Notes: generated by a model not told the origin, from the letters alone. Positions 53,958-64,000 are shown, counted from the first letter of the stretch. The stretch: DNA of 64,000 nt from Gammaproteobacteria bacterium (GCA_023475025.1 JAMCWB010000030.1:1853-65852), one strand, 5' to 3'. Program-made: numbers and translations.

Positions 53958-54794
53958 GTGGCAAGAACATGGCTGATTACCGGAGCCAGCCGAGGGCTGG
54001 GTTTTCATATCGCGCAGTCGGCTCTTGCCGTCGGCGACAACGTCATTGCAACCGGCAGGAGTTCGCTCGCTGTCGCTGAAGCCTTTGGCGATTGCGGAGA
54101 CCAGCTGCTTGCCTTACCCCTTGATGTAACCCGCCAAGAGCAGGTGCAGCAGGTTGTGAATAAAGCCATCGAGCATTTCGCCTGCATCGATGTGCTGGTC
54201 AATAATGCGGGCTTTGGGCAACTGGGCCCTTTTGAGGAAAATACTCCGGCAGCGGCGCATGAACAGTTCGCAACCAATGTATTCGGGCTGTTCGATATGT
54301 GTCGGGCGGTCTTGCCGATAATGCGTGAGCGAAAACAAGGCCACGTTTTCAACATCGCCTCCATAGCCGGCCTGGCGGGCATGGGCGGTGCGGCGTTGTA
54401 CTGCTCGTCGAAATTCGCTGTGGCAGGCTTTTCTGAGGCATTGGCCCAGGAAGTGGCCGGATTTGGCATCAAGGTCACCAGCGTGGCACCAGGTGCGTTT
54501 CGCACGGATTTTCTCGACGCCAGCTCAGCGCGTTTTGGCAACAATCAACTGACTGACTATGCCGAGTTTTCCGCCAAGGTCAAAGCCTCATCGGCAAACG
54601 GCAATCATGCTCAGCCGGGGGATCCGGCAAAACTTGGTGCGGCGATTGTGCAACTGGCCCTCGACCCACAGGCACCTGTTCACTTCATAGTTGGCTCCGA
54701 TGCTCTGAAGATGGCCTCCAACCGGCTGACGACACTGCAACAGGAAATTGAAAAGTGGCATCAGCTATCAGCTTCCACTGATGGGGCACCCTGA
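53958..54794 (+). CDS. Short-chain dehydrogenase/reductase
   Basis: GTG start. Motifs TGASRGLG, NNAG and YCSSK. Confidence 0.88.
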   Translation: MARTWLITGASRGLGFHIAQSALAVGDNVIATGRSSLAVAEAFGDCGDQLLALPLDVTRQEQVQQVVNKAIEHFACIDVLVNNAGFGQLGPFEENTPAAAHEQFATNVFGLFDMCRAVLPIMRERKQGHVFNIASIAGLAGMGGAALYCSSKFAVAGFSEALAQEVAGFGIKVTSVAPGAFRTDFLDASSARFGNNQLTDYAEFSAKVKASSANGNHAQPGDPAKLGAAIVQLALDPQAPVHFIVGSDALKMASNRLTTLQQEIEKWHQLSASTDGAP

Positions 54795-54869
54795 GGCACA
54801 CGCCAAGGATGGCGCCCCATCAATGGAAGCTGATAGCCAACTGTTTCGCCGGCATAACCCCGGCACACT

Positions 54870-55733
54870 CTATTCAGCTTTCACGTAGAAGCCTACCGCA
54901 ACGATGTAGTCTCCGGTCTTTTCGAACAGAGTGACCTTGGGCTCGCTCCTTCTGGTTACCGGGTTGGGCCAGAGATAGTTTATACGACCCTTGTCATGTG
55001 CCTCGACGGCCTCCAGGATCTGTTGGCCAATGGGTTGCTGATCGGCAGAACGAATTTTCCGGAAATCACTGTTTATCAGCCTCAGGTTGTAGCCGTGGGC
55101 AACGAAACGCTCGGTTTTCCGGTCGACAACGAAGGCATATAGATCATCCCTGAGGAATTGCGCATCCAGCGCGTTGATGCGTTCGAACGTATCAACCGGG
55201 TCCTCAGTGACAGCTTTCAGTACATGATCCAGCAGTACCAGAGTTTCCTCCTCCGTGGAGCGTGGAATGTAGTAACCAACCGCAAATATCTTGTCGTCCA
55301 CCCGCTGGAAGAACACTCGCTTGCGTTCGAAACGACCTTCCTGCCAGTTCATCCAGCGGTAATCGGCATGGTGGATGTCATCTGCCTCGGGTAGTGCCAG
55401 AGCGCGCTGGAATCGCTCCCTGAGCTCCTCATTCAGCGCCTGGCTGACATCACGACCCACCAGGTTGACCGAAGGCCCGCCGCTGGCCAGCATGACGCCA
55501 GCGGTATCGATGACATACACATACAGCTCGTCGTCGACGAACTCGCCCTGGCGACTGAAAGCCGCCATAGCGCTATCACCTTTTTCCCGATAGTGGGCAA
55601 TCGCCTTGGTCAGCAGGGTGGTTGCGCGATCGGCCTCTTGCACCAGGCTGCCTTGCGGAATGCCCTGGGCGAAGACGCCCACACAGGCCAGAATTCCCAG
55701 CATCAAAATGATATGTCGACAGATCAGCAACAT
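54870..55733 (-). CDS. Secreted/periplasmic double Cache-like domain protein
   Basis: The start at 55733 gives a signal peptide MLLICRHIILMLGILACVGVFAQG. Two repeated Cache-like halves are present (YVYVIDTAG.., YAFVVDRKT..). Confidence 0.55.
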   Translation of the reverse strand: MLLICRHIILMLGILACVGVFAQGIPQGSLVQEADRATTLLTKAIAHYREKGDSAMAAFSRQGEFVDDELYVYVIDTAGVMLASGGPSVNLVGRDVSQALNEELRERFQRALALPEADDIHHADYRWMNWQEGRFERKRVFFQRVDDKIFAVGYYIPRSTEEETLVLLDHVLKAVTEDPVDTFERINALDAQFLRDDLYAFVVDRKTERFVAHGYNLRLINSDFRKIRSADQQPIGQQILEAVEAHDKGRINYLWPNPVTRRSEPKVTLFEKTGDYIVAVGFYVKAE

Positions 55734-55786
55734 GATATTGTCTCCCGTTCGATTTTCCGCACCCTCGGCAAAAGCGCTGGGCCCCA

Positions 55787-56911
55787 TCAAAGGTTGCGGC
55801 TGATGATTTCCTTCATGATTTCCGAGGTACCGCCGTAAATCCGGGCAACTCTGGCATCCACCCAGGCACGACCAATCTTGTACTCGCTCATGAAACCGTA
55901 GCCACCGTGCAATTGCAGCAGTTCATCGAGCAGTTTGCCCTGAAGTTCGGACCCCATGAGCTTGGCCATGGCCGCCACATCCGCCGGCAGATCACTACGC
56001 ATGACCCGCTCCAGGCAACTGTCCACAAAGGCCCTGAGCATGGTTGCCTGGGCCTTGACTTCGGCCAGTTTGAAGCGGGTATTCTGAAAATCGAAAACCG
56101 GCTTGCCGAATACCTTGCGCTCACGGGTATATTCGATGGTTTCCTCAAGCAGCGTCTCGATCGACTGGGCTGCCCGCAGGGCGATGATAAGGCGCTCCCA
56201 GGCCAACTGGTGGGTCAGGTACTTGAATCCCAGATTCTCCTCGCCCAGACGATTGCTGACCGGCACCCGCACTTCATCAAAGAACAACTCTGCGGTGTCC
56301 TGCCCCTTCAGGCCAATTTTCTCCAGCAAACGACCCCTGGAAAAACCTTGGCGATCGGTTTCCACGCAGACCAGGGTCAGTTCCTTACTGGTGGGGTCCA
56401 GCTTGGTTGCGGTGACGACCAGATCCGCGTTGCCGCCGTTGGTAATGAAGGTCTTTTGGCCGGAGACAACATACTCATCGCCATCGCGCCGTACCTGGGT
56501 ACGCATGGAGCGCAGGTCACTGCCAATGCCCGGTTCACTCATGGCAATAACGCCGATTGTTTCGCCACTGACCATTTTCGGCAGCCACTTGAGCTTTTGC
56601 TCTTCAGAACCATAGGCGACGATATAGGGCGCGACAATCTCGGAATGGGTGGTAAAGCCTACCGCCGTCGCATTGACTCTGGCCAACTCTTCGATCATTA
56701 CCGCCGAGTGGCCAAAATCACCGCCCGACCCGCCATACTCTTCCGGCACTGTCGAGCACAACAGCCCCATCTCGCCGGCTTTCAGCCAGATGTCCTTCGG
56801 GACGATGCCCTGCTTTTCCCACTCCGGCAAATACGGCGCTATTTCACGCTCGATAAAGCGGCGCGCCTGGTCTCTGAACATATTGTGGTCTTCACGAAAT
56901 ACGCTACGCAT
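55787..56911 (-). CDS. Acyl-CoA dehydrogenase
   Basis: 374 aa with ACAD N, middle and C domains, including MSEPGIGSD and the catalytic-region YGGTSEI. Confidence 0.9.
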   Translation of the reverse strand: MRSVFREDHNMFRDQARRFIEREIAPYLPEWEKQGIVPKDIWLKAGEMGLLCSTVPEEYGGSGGDFGHSAVMIEELARVNATAVGFTTHSEIVAPYIVAYGSEEQKLKWLPKMVSGETIGVIAMSEPGIGSDLRSMRTQVRRDGDEYVVSGQKTFITNGGNADLVVTATKLDPTSKELTLVCVETDRQGFSRGRLLEKIGLKGQDTAELFFDEVRVPVSNRLGEENLGFKYLTHQLAWERLIIALRAAQSIETLLEETIEYTRERKVFGKPVFDFQNTRFKLAEVKAQATMLRAFVDSCLERVMRSDLPADVAAMAKLMGSELQGKLLDELLQLHGGYGFMSEYKIGRAWVDARVARIYGGTSEIMKEIISRNL

Positions 56912-56938
56912 CGTGATAGTCTCCTTTGAGCAGGCTTG

Positions 56939-57739
56939 TCATTGATCTTTGTAGTCCGGTTTGCGCTTTTCCACGAAGGCACTCACCGCTTCCCGATGAT
57001 CGTCCGTGTGATGCGCCAGCGCCTGATAAGCTGCTGACAGCTCCAGCAGTGAGTCGAGACGCATATGTTGCCCCTCGCGCAACAGGCGTTTGCACAGGCG
57101 CAGCGCATGCCCGGGATTGCTGGCAATGCGCCCGGCCAGAGCCAGGGCCTCGGATTCGAGCTCCTCCGGTGTGCAAACCTGCTCGACAAGTCCCCACTCC
57201 AGTGCCTTGACGGCATCGATGGTGTCACCGGTGAACGCCATCAGGCTGGCTTTCGGGATACCGATAATCCGCGGCAACAGCCAGGCGCCCCCATCACCGG
57301 GCACGATACCCAGCTTGACGAAGCTTTCAGCGAACAGCGCCGTGCTACTGGCAATCCGGATATCACACATGCAGGCCAAGTCCAGCCCGGCGCCAATGGC
57401 CGGACCATTGACCGCGGCGATCACCGGAATATCCAGTTCATACAGCGCCAGCGGAATGGTCTGGATGCCATTGCGATAGGTATCGCGCAGCTCATAGGGC
57501 GAACCGGCAAAGATGCCCTCGCGGTTTTGCATGTCCTTGATGTTGCCACCGGCACAAAAGGCCTTGCCGTTGCCGGTCAATACCATGACCCTTGCGCTGC
57601 GATCACGCTTCAGCTCGGCACAAAGGTCGACGAATTCCTGCATCTGGGCGGGTTCGGAAAGCGCATTGCGACTTTCCGGGCGATTCATGCGCACCACCAC
57701 CACACCGGCGTTACGCTCTACCTGCAAAAATTGACTCAT
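56939..57739 (-). CDS. Enoyl-CoA hydratase/isomerase
   Basis: Start at 57739 (ATGA overlap with the upstream stop). Crotonase motifs are FCAGGNIKDM and AAVNGPAIGAGLDLA. Confidence 0.88.
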   Translation of the reverse strand: MSQFLQVERNAGVVVVRMNRPESRNALSEPAQMQEFVDLCAELKRDRSARVMVLTGNGKAFCAGGNIKDMQNREGIFAGSPYELRDTYRNGIQTIPLALYELDIPVIAAVNGPAIGAGLDLACMCDIRIASSTALFAESFVKLGIVPGDGGAWLLPRIIGIPKASLMAFTGDTIDAVKALEWGLVEQVCTPEELESEALALAGRIASNPGHALRLCKRLLREGQHMRLDSLLELSAAYQALAHHTDDHREAVSAFVEKRKPDYKDQ

Positions 57740-58809
57740 GGGTGTAGTCCTTGTGGAACGGCCAGTTCTTGTTGTTGAGGATGAGTTACAAGGGGCCAAA
57801 AGCCCCGGTCACCGGCGGCACAGGCATATTCACCCAGCAACCGGCTCCAGAATGTCGAAGAGCCGAACTCACTGCGCCACGCCCACAGGCGGCGGGTCAG
57901 CAACTGCAATGAATATTCCTGGGTAAAGCCGATCGCGCCATGCACCGAGTGGCCAATGCTCGCCCCTTGACTGGCAGCATCCGAGGTACTGATTTTCGCC
58001 ACCGCAATACACAATGCGGCCAGGCGGCTGTCCGACTCAGCGAAAGCCGCTTCAGCAGCCACACTCGCCGCCGCCGTCTGCTCGGCCAGCACCGCCAGTT
58101 GCTGCTGGATAGCCTGGAATGCAGCAATCGGGCGCCCAAACTGCTTGCGTTCAGCGGCATACCCCGAGGTCAGCTCCATCAAGGCCGCCAACGCACCGGC
58201 GATCTGCGCCGAACGCAGCATTGCCCCGCCAGTCAGCAGTACCGAGGCTGGCAGATCTTCAGGCAAGGCCGCCGAAGCCATCAGTGGTGCGGAAGAAAAC
58301 CGCAAGGTATCGCGAGGCTCACCGGCAATATTAGTACCCGGAACAACCGCTTCGGCCGTCGCCGGCTCAAGCAACACGACCCGATAGCCGGTTTTTTCAT
58401 TGCCTGTCAGTGCCACGACCAGCTCCGCATGGCGACCCCACGGGACTTGTCGCAACTCGCCGGAAACCCGGTCGCCAGTCCATTCCAGGGAGGAATCCAC
58501 GGCGATGGTCAGAATGCCGCTGCGAGCTCCAATACCTGAACGCTCGAGCAGCCAGTTGCCCAGCAGCATCTCTACCAGCGGAACCGGCGCGGCATGGCGT
58601 CCGGCGGCGCGAGCAATCACGAACAGATCGGGCCAACTGGCCTCGGCGCCTCCAGCCTGCTCCGGCGCACCGGCCAGCAGGATGCCATTGTCTTCCAAGG
58701 CCCGCCAAAGATCCGTAGACCAGTTGCCAGACTCGGCAGCCCGGACATACTCGGGTGTCGCGATATCAGCTAGCAGGCGCTCTATGGTCGACTCAAAAAG
58801 TTCTCGCAT
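57736..58809 (-). CDS. Acyl-CoA dehydrogenase-family protein (probable non-catalytic or beta subunit)
   Basis: 357 aa with an ACAD fold. The gene is translationally coupled to the preceding ACAD gene. Confidence 0.75.
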   Translation of the reverse strand: MRELFESTIERLLADIATPEYVRAAESGNWSTDLWRALEDNGILLAGAPEQAGGAEASWPDLFVIARAAGRHAAPVPLVEMLLGNWLLERSGIGARSGILTIAVDSSLEWTGDRVSGELRQVPWGRHAELVVALTGNEKTGYRVVLLEPATAEAVVPGTNIAGEPRDTLRFSSAPLMASAALPEDLPASVLLTGGAMLRSAQIAGALAALMELTSGYAAERKQFGRPIAAFQAIQQQLAVLAEQTAAASVAAEAAFAESDSRLAALCIAVAKISTSDAASQGASIGHSVHGAIGFTQEYSLQLLTRRLWAWRSEFGSSTFWSRLLGEYACAAGDRGFWPLVTHPQQQELAVPQGLHP

Positions 58810-59960
58810 TATCGAAGCCCCAGTCCGCGCGCAATGATTCCACGAAGGATTTCACGAGTACCGCCGCGCAATGAAAAGGAAGGTGCCATCTGGGTCAGAT
58901 AGGCCAGCACCTGGGCATGCTCGGAGCCACCGCCCACCTGGGGCTGCTCCTCTATGAGCAGTTGCAATATCTCCGGCAGATCCTGCTCGAAGACGTTGCC
59001 AAGATCCTTGACGCATGAAGCGGCCCAGGCCGGGTTCTGCCCGTCACTCAGTTGCCTGGTCACTGCCAGCGACATATTGCGCAGCGTTACTAGGCGAGCG
59101 GTGATGCGGCCAAAATCGCGGGCCTGTAAAGCGTCGGGTTTCGAGCCGATAGCCTTGATGGCAGTGTGTATCAGAGCAATGCTGCTCAAAAAACGTTCCG
59201 GTCCACTGCGCTCGAAGGCCAGCTCGGCGGTGACCTGCTGCCAGCCTTTCCCCTCCTCCCCGATCAGGGCGTCGGCGTCGAGGCGCACATCGTCGAAAAA
59301 CACTTCATTGAAGTGCTCTCCCCCCGCCAGATCCGCAATCGGCCGAATGGTGATGCCAGGCAAGTTCAAGTCGATGATGAATTGCGACATGCCGCCGTGC
59401 CGACCACTTTCTTCCTTGTCTCCGGTACGAACCAAGGCGATCATGTAATGCGAGTGCTGCGCATTGGTGGTCCAGACTTTCTGCCCGTTGAGCAGCCAGC
59501 CACCCTCGATGCGTTTGGCATTGGACTTGATCGATGCCAGATCGGACCCGGAGTTCGGCTCGCTCATGCCAATGCAGAAGTAGCTTTCACCACGGCAAAT
59601 GGGCGGCAGATAGTGCTCTTTCTGGCTTTCTGTGCCGAAGCGCAGAATCAGCGGCGCGCTTTGCCGGTCGGCAATCCAGTGCGCCGATACTGGCGCTCCA
59701 GCGGCCAGCAGCTCTTCGATAATGACATAACGCGCAAATGGCGAGGCTTCAGCGCCACCATAGCGTTTCGGCAGCGCCATGCCCAGCCAGCCCTTTTGTC
59801 CGAGCAGGCGACTGAATTGGGCGTCGAACCCCATCCACGAATAGGCACGCTTCACCGCTGGATAATCCTGCAGGGCATCATCGACGAACGACCTGACGTC
59901 TAGCCGAAGCGCTTCCGCCTCGGCCGGTATGCTGCTGTAACTAAACTGGGAAATACTCAT
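58809..59960 (-). CDS. Acyl-CoA dehydrogenase (probable alpha subunit)
   Basis: Start at 59960 (MSISQF) within track ORF 58809..60014. Motifs GMSEPNSGSD and RGGTREI. Confidence 0.85.
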   Translation of the reverse strand: MSISQFSYSSIPAEAEALRLDVRSFVDDALQDYPAVKRAYSWMGFDAQFSRLLGQKGWLGMALPKRYGGAEASPFARYVIIEELLAAGAPVSAHWIADRQSAPLILRFGTESQKEHYLPPICRGESYFCIGMSEPNSGSDLASIKSNAKRIEGGWLLNGQKVWTTNAQHSHYMIALVRTGDKEESGRHGGMSQFIIDLNLPGITIRPIADLAGGEHFNEVFFDDVRLDADALIGEEGKGWQQVTAELAFERSGPERFLSSIALIHTAIKAIGSKPDALQARDFGRITARLVTLRNMSLAVTRQLSDGQNPAWAASCVKDLGNVFEQDLPEILQLLIEEQPQVGGGSEHAQVLAYLTQMAPSFSLRGGTREILRGIIARGLGLR

Positions 59961-60072
59961 CAACAAGACACCTTCGATTACGCGACGCAACCCGGAAAGC
60001 AAGTTTGTCGGCAAACCCCTGCCCGGCTTCCGGCAAAAACCGGATAGCCAGGCAAGGCGCTAGGCCACTGGC

Positions 60073-61383
60073 TCAAATAGCGGTTTTTGCATCCGCCTGG
60101 GCAAACATCGAATTGATGTCACCTGAGGTTACCGGCTTGCCATCCTTGCGGGTGACTTCCGCGCCGCCCAATCCCAGAGCAGGCTCGGTGCTCACATGAG
60201 TAGCCAGAGCCCGCAGCGCGCCAACGGTGCAGTTTTCACGGCCCAGAATGGAGAACGGGTCGTAGGAAAACTCGCGCATGGCGTTGAGATGGGTGACCTT
60301 GTCGATCTGTTGCCGGGTCAGATGCTTGAGACCAGCCCAAGTGGTTTCCGGCGATTCTGGCCAGGTGCAATCCGAGTGCGGGTAATCGCTTTCCCAGGTC
60401 ACCATGTCCTCGTTCATGAACTGCAGGTTCTGCAAGCCGAAGTTGTCTTCGATAAAGCAGGTAATGAAGTGTTTGAAAAACACATCGCTGGGCATTTTTC
60501 CGTCGAAATCGGCGTTGGTCCAAGCATGATGATGGCGATGGGTGAAGTCAGCCCGTTCCAGCAGATAGGGAACCCAGCCAATACTGCCTTCAGACAATGC
60601 CATGCGCAGGGTCGGGAATTTTTTCCACATTGGCGCCCAGATCCAGTCCGCTGCCGCGTTCGCAATGGAAATTGGCATGGTGGTAATCCAGGCGTCGATC
60701 GGCGACAGATCCGAGGCATGCTCTGCTTTGCCGCCGGAACCGATATGGCAGCAGATGACGACGTTGTTGTCGGCACAGGCCTTCCACAGTGGATCCCAGT
60801 AATCGTCATGGATGGACGGATAGCCCAGTCTCGCGGGGTTGTCCGAGAATGACAGCGCATGCACGCCCTGGGCGGACAGGCGCTTCACTTCGGCGACTGC
60901 TGCATTCATGTCCCAGAAGGGTACCAGCATCAGGGGAATGAAGCGGCCCGGTACGGCGTTGCACCAGTCATACAGATGCCAGTCGTTGTAGGCCCGGATC
61001 GCAGCCAGGGCAATTTCCCTGTTCGAATGAGCCTGAAAGCGCTGGCCGGCAAAACCGGGAAAGGTAGGGAAACACAAGGAACCCAGCACGCCATTGGCGT
61101 TCATGTCATCGACACGGGCCTTGACGTCCCAGGTGCCACGCCGCATCTGGTCATAGCCAAGCGGTTCCATTCCGTACTCTTCCTTGGGACGCCCAACCAC
61201 CGAGTTGAGCCCCATATAGCCGGTTGCTTCGTCTTCGAATATCCATACATCACGCTCACCGCGCTTTTCGACGTGCGGCTCACGGCCTTTGAACTTTTCC
61301 GGCATGTGGTGTTTGAAAGCATCCGGTGGCTCGATGGCATGATCGTCCACACTGACGAGGATAAGGTCTTCGAGTTTCATCAT
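60073..61383 (-). CDS. Amidohydrolase-2 family metal-dependent hydrolase
   Basis: 436 aa with N-terminal VSVDDHAIEP (HxH-type region) and an ACMSD-like overall pattern. Confidence 0.7.
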   Translation of the reverse strand: MMKLEDLILVSVDDHAIEPPDAFKHHMPEKFKGREPHVEKRGERDVWIFEDEATGYMGLNSVVGRPKEEYGMEPLGYDQMRRGTWDVKARVDDMNANGVLGSLCFPTFPGFAGQRFQAHSNREIALAAIRAYNDWHLYDWCNAVPGRFIPLMLVPFWDMNAAVAEVKRLSAQGVHALSFSDNPARLGYPSIHDDYWDPLWKACADNNVVICCHIGSGGKAEHASDLSPIDAWITTMPISIANAAADWIWAPMWKKFPTLRMALSEGSIGWVPYLLERADFTHRHHHAWTNADFDGKMPSDVFFKHFITCFIEDNFGLQNLQFMNEDMVTWESDYPHSDCTWPESPETTWAGLKHLTRQQIDKVTHLNAMREFSYDPFSILGRENCTVGALRALATHVSTEPALGLGGAEVTRKDGKPVTSGDINSMFAQADAKTAI

Positions 61384-61568
61384 GTTCCCCTTCGCTTTTC
61401 GCGGATTGTGATTGTTGGATGATCATAGATCACATGAGGGTAGATTTAAACACAATTTTGATTTTTGTTTAATTGTTTTTTGTTTGCCCACACACTACCA
61501 CCACGGCTAACGCCGCAAAGCCGTCCAGACAGGTCTCTGAACGGCTCGCTCACAGCATCCCGGCCTGC

Positions 61569-62843
61569 TCAGTCCCAGATCACATGCAGATAATGCGGGC
61601 CTCGTAGTTGCGCACCGGTAATCTCGGGAGCCGGCTTCGCCGGATCGAGCCTGATGTTAGGCAACATGTCCAGCACGGCATTGAGCGCGCAGTTGATTTC
61701 CGTCTTGGCCACGAACTGCCCAATACACATATGCGGCCCGAAACCGAAGCCGAATGAGGGGCGCTGGCGACGATCAATGTCGAAGGTGTCGGCATTCTCG
61801 AAAAACTCTTCATCGCGGTTGGCCGAGCTGACGATGCAGGAAACCATCGCTCCTTTGGGAATCTTGACGCCACGAATCTCGGTATCTTCCGAGGCTTGGC
61901 GAACCTTGAAGGTCGCCACCGGCTCATAGCGAATCGATTCGTCAATTGCCTTGTTGACCAGGCTGCGATCATTGCGCACGCGCTCGAGCAGTTCTGGATT
62001 CTCCAGCAGCAACGTCATCAGGGTGCCGAAGGTGCGGGTGGTGGTTTCTCCCGCCGCAGGCAGGAGCGAGCGCACAAAGGTGGTTATCTCGTGATCATCG
62101 AGCGAACGGCCTTCGTACTCGGCTCGAATCAGACGACTGATGAGATCGTCTCCTTCACCCCCCGCTGCGCGACGCTCCGCAACCACGACCTTGATAGCAT
62201 CGTAAAGCGCCACCACCGCTTCCATTGCCGCTTTCTTGGCTGCCTGAGCCTTGGCGGGATCGACCTGCGGCCCTGCCAGAATGGCTAGCGCCCAGGCGGC
62301 ATATTGCTTGATCTTCTCGGGCTGGTCATTGGGGAAACCAATCAGTGAATAAATCACCCTGATCGGAAAATACAGCGCAAAATCCATCAGATCCGCGCCT
62401 TTTTGCGGAACCATGGGCGTCAGGAATTCCTCGCGGATAACCTTGTCTATGCGGTCTTCTTTCCAGCGGTTGACCGTATCCGGCATAAATACCGGTTGCA
62501 GCAGGTTACGCATGTTCTTGTGTTGATCACCATCCATGGCCGTCAGGATCAGGCCATCGAAAAACGCGCCCAGACCTTCGGCGATGAAGCCGCTGGTAAA
62601 TTTGCTGGCATCGCGCATGACGTGCATCACATCGTCATATTTGAACAATGTGTAGCATGGACGATTCGGATCGACCCCGGCGATCGAGGGAACGCCCAGT
62701 CGCTCCATGAAGTTCCCCTCAAGCACGGGGCTCTGCTCGCGCATGTCGGCATAAGCCGCATGCAGGTCTATGTCGCTGCCCTGGTAATTGCTTGCCACAT
62801 CGGTAAATACCTTTTCCAGTTCGCTTTTTGCCTGGTCAGACAT
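61569..62843 (-). CDS. Cytochrome P450
   Basis: Haem-binding loop FGFGPHMCIGQ, an ExxR motif, and I-helix AAGETT. Confidence 0.92.
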   Translation of the reverse strand: MSDQAKSELEKVFTDVASNYQGSDIDLHAAYADMREQSPVLEGNFMERLGVPSIAGVDPNRPCYTLFKYDDVMHVMRDASKFTSGFIAEGLGAFFDGLILTAMDGDQHKNMRNLLQPVFMPDTVNRWKEDRIDKVIREEFLTPMVPQKGADLMDFALYFPIRVIYSLIGFPNDQPEKIKQYAAWALAILAGPQVDPAKAQAAKKAAMEAVVALYDAIKVVVAERRAAGGEGDDLISRLIRAEYEGRSLDDHEITTFVRSLLPAAGETTTRTFGTLMTLLLENPELLERVRNDRSLVNKAIDESIRYEPVATFKVRQASEDTEIRGVKIPKGAMVSCIVSSANRDEEFFENADTFDIDRRQRPSFGFGFGPHMCIGQFVAKTEINCALNAVLDMLPNIRLDPAKPAPEITGAQLRGPHYLHVIWD

Positions 62844-63029
62844 GACGATCTCCTCTTGTTGTTCTTGATATTCAGGCTGCTATCGGGCCACGGAAGCCCG
62901 GCAGTTCTTCCGAGCTTATACCTGATACCGATGAATTTGAACCTTTTTAAATATTTTGATCAACAAATCACTTTTCTTTGACCGGTAACTCATCCAGCAC
63001 GGCTAAAAACACATGGATGCCCAGCAGCT

Positions 63030-63545
63030 TTATTGTTCATCCTCATAGGCCTGCTGAACGTAGGTCATACGGCCACCAGCCAACATCAAGGCGCAATACA
63101 TGTTCAGTTCGGTAATCTGGGCCTGGCTGAAACACCGTGACAGCGCAACGTAATGTCGGTCATCCAGCATCATGTAGTCACCGGCAAACAACTCGGCAAA
63201 TTGCAGCGCCGCCTGCTCGGCTTCGGTGAAGCGATCACTGTCGGTCGCCAGGCAGGCAACATCCTCCTCACTCACCTCGCCCGATTTCCGCGCCAGCTGA
63301 CAAGCTTTGCAGGTCGTAACGCTGGCAATTTTCAGGCGGACCAGTTCCTTGAGCCGTTCGCCCAGCAGACTATGGGAGTGAAACTGCTCAAGCAGCGCCA
63401 GCCAAGCCTCCGCCAGGGGCGGACGATGGGCCCAGACCTGCACAGGTACACTGGAGCTGAGCATTCCCGAGCGCAATCCGCGCTCCAGAGCGCTTGCCAG
63501 CGAATCCGGTAAGGCCGGCAACGGAACAGGTGAAATCCTCGACAT
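63030..63545 (-). CDS. Carboxymuconolactone decarboxylase/AhpD-like protein
   Basis: Start at 63545 within track ORF 63030..63590. It carries a CKACQ motif and is helical. Confidence 0.6.
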   Translation of the reverse strand: MSRISPVPLPALPDSLASALERGLRSGMLSSSVPVQVWAHRPPLAEAWLALLEQFHSHSLLGERLKELVRLKIASVTTCKACQLARKSGEVSEEDVACLATDSDRFTEAEQAALQFAELFAGDYMMLDDRHYVALSRCFSQAQITELNMYCALMLAGGRMTYVQQAYEDEQ

Positions 63546-63582
63546 ACGAGCTACCTTGCACCGCTCTCGCGGTGCGGTTGTA

Positions 63583-64000
63583 TTAGGCAATACGCTCGAT
63601 CAGCGTCGCCGTACCCAGACCACCGGCGCAGCAGATCGCCTGCATCGCATAGCGACCCTTGCGACGTTCGAGTTCATTCAGCATCGAGGTCATGATCCGT
63701 GCACCGCTGGCGCCGAGCGGATGACCAAGGGCAATGGCGCCGCCATTGACATTCAGCCGTTCAGCCGGCGCACCGGTCTCCCTCAGCCAGGCAAGCGGCA
63801 CCGAGGCGAAAGCCTCGTTGACTTCAAACAGATCCACTTCATCAATGCGCAAACCCGCCTTGGCCAGAATCTTCTGCGTGGCGGCAATCGGACCTGTCAG
63901 CATCAGCGTCGGGTCCGCGCCTACCGTGGTAATGGCCTTGATCCGCGCCCGAGCTTTCAGGCCGAGCCGAGCCGCTGTCTCGGCGGACATCAGCAACAGC
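63583..64000 (-). CDS. Thiolase (acetyl-CoA acyltransferase), C-terminal part only; gene continues beyond the window
   Basis: C-terminal thiolase motifs NEAFA, NVNGGAIALGHPLGASG and CAGGLG. The frame is open to base 64000. Confidence 0.88.
   Translation of the reverse strand, partial: LLLMSAETAARLGLKARARIKAITTVGADPTLMLTGPIAATQKILAKAGLRIDEVDLFEVNEAFASVPLAWLRETGAPAERLNVNGGAIALGHPLGASGARIMTSMLNELERRKGRYAMQAICCAGGLGTATLIERIA

Noticed and set aside
55907-60852. Plus-strand ORFs of 164-340 aa opposite the acyl-CoA dehydrogenase, hydratase and amidohydrolase genes
   Set aside because: These are shadow ORFs typical of high-GC coding DNA. The minus-strand frames carry the recognisable enzyme motifs.

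Overview
Pseudomonas-like gammaproteobacterial chromosome segment in three parts. (1) 1-16.9 kb is conserved core. It carries cyaA (5' end cut by the window), an lppL-like lipoprotein, the lysA-dapF-yigA-xerC-yigB operon, a 25-unit heptanucleotide array with REP-like palindromes, a small acidic protein, amtB-glnK, ubiK, yifB, a GGDEF/EAL protein, rep and cytochrome c5, and ends at tRNA-Arg(CCG). (2) About 16.9-53.4 kb is a roughly 36.5-kb accessory island abutting the tRNA 3' end, made almost entirely of immunity genes. Its left 23 kb (17289-40350) is one co-directional minus-strand superoperon. In order it holds an RtcR-like CARF/sigma-54 activator, type I R-M (hsdR, YhcG-like nuclease, hsdM, hsdS), Mrr, a small protein plus TIR-like protein, a TerY-P triad (vWA, PP2C, Ser/Thr kinase), an Upf1-like SF1 helicase, a wHTH/HEPN protein, a coiled-coil McrB-like GTPase and a McrC-like zinc-ribbon protein. 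This matches the computationally predicted CoCoNuT architecture. Two nearly identical -24/-12 promoters (TTGGCACGAT[C/G]TTCGCT) sit in front of hsdR and in front of the TIR-like pair, which suggests the CARF activator directly controls the layered defence. The right part of the island has an XRE/Xis/integrase/HD-relaxase-like module, orphan DUF2384 antitoxin-like genes and an exonuclease-metallophosphoesterase-HAD trio. It also carries a complete type II CBASS (HNH-SAVED Cap5, CD-NTase, Cap2, Cap3) followed by a convergent DEDD exonuclease. A tRNA-Gly 3'-end fragment and twin hairpins lie at about 53.4 kb. (3) 53.9-64 kb holds catabolic genes: an SDR, a Cache protein, three acyl-CoA dehydrogenases, an enoyl-CoA hydratase, an amidohydrolase, a P450, an AhpD-like protein and a thiolase cut by the window end. 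All domain calls come from motif reading by eye. No database search or numerical composition analysis was possible.
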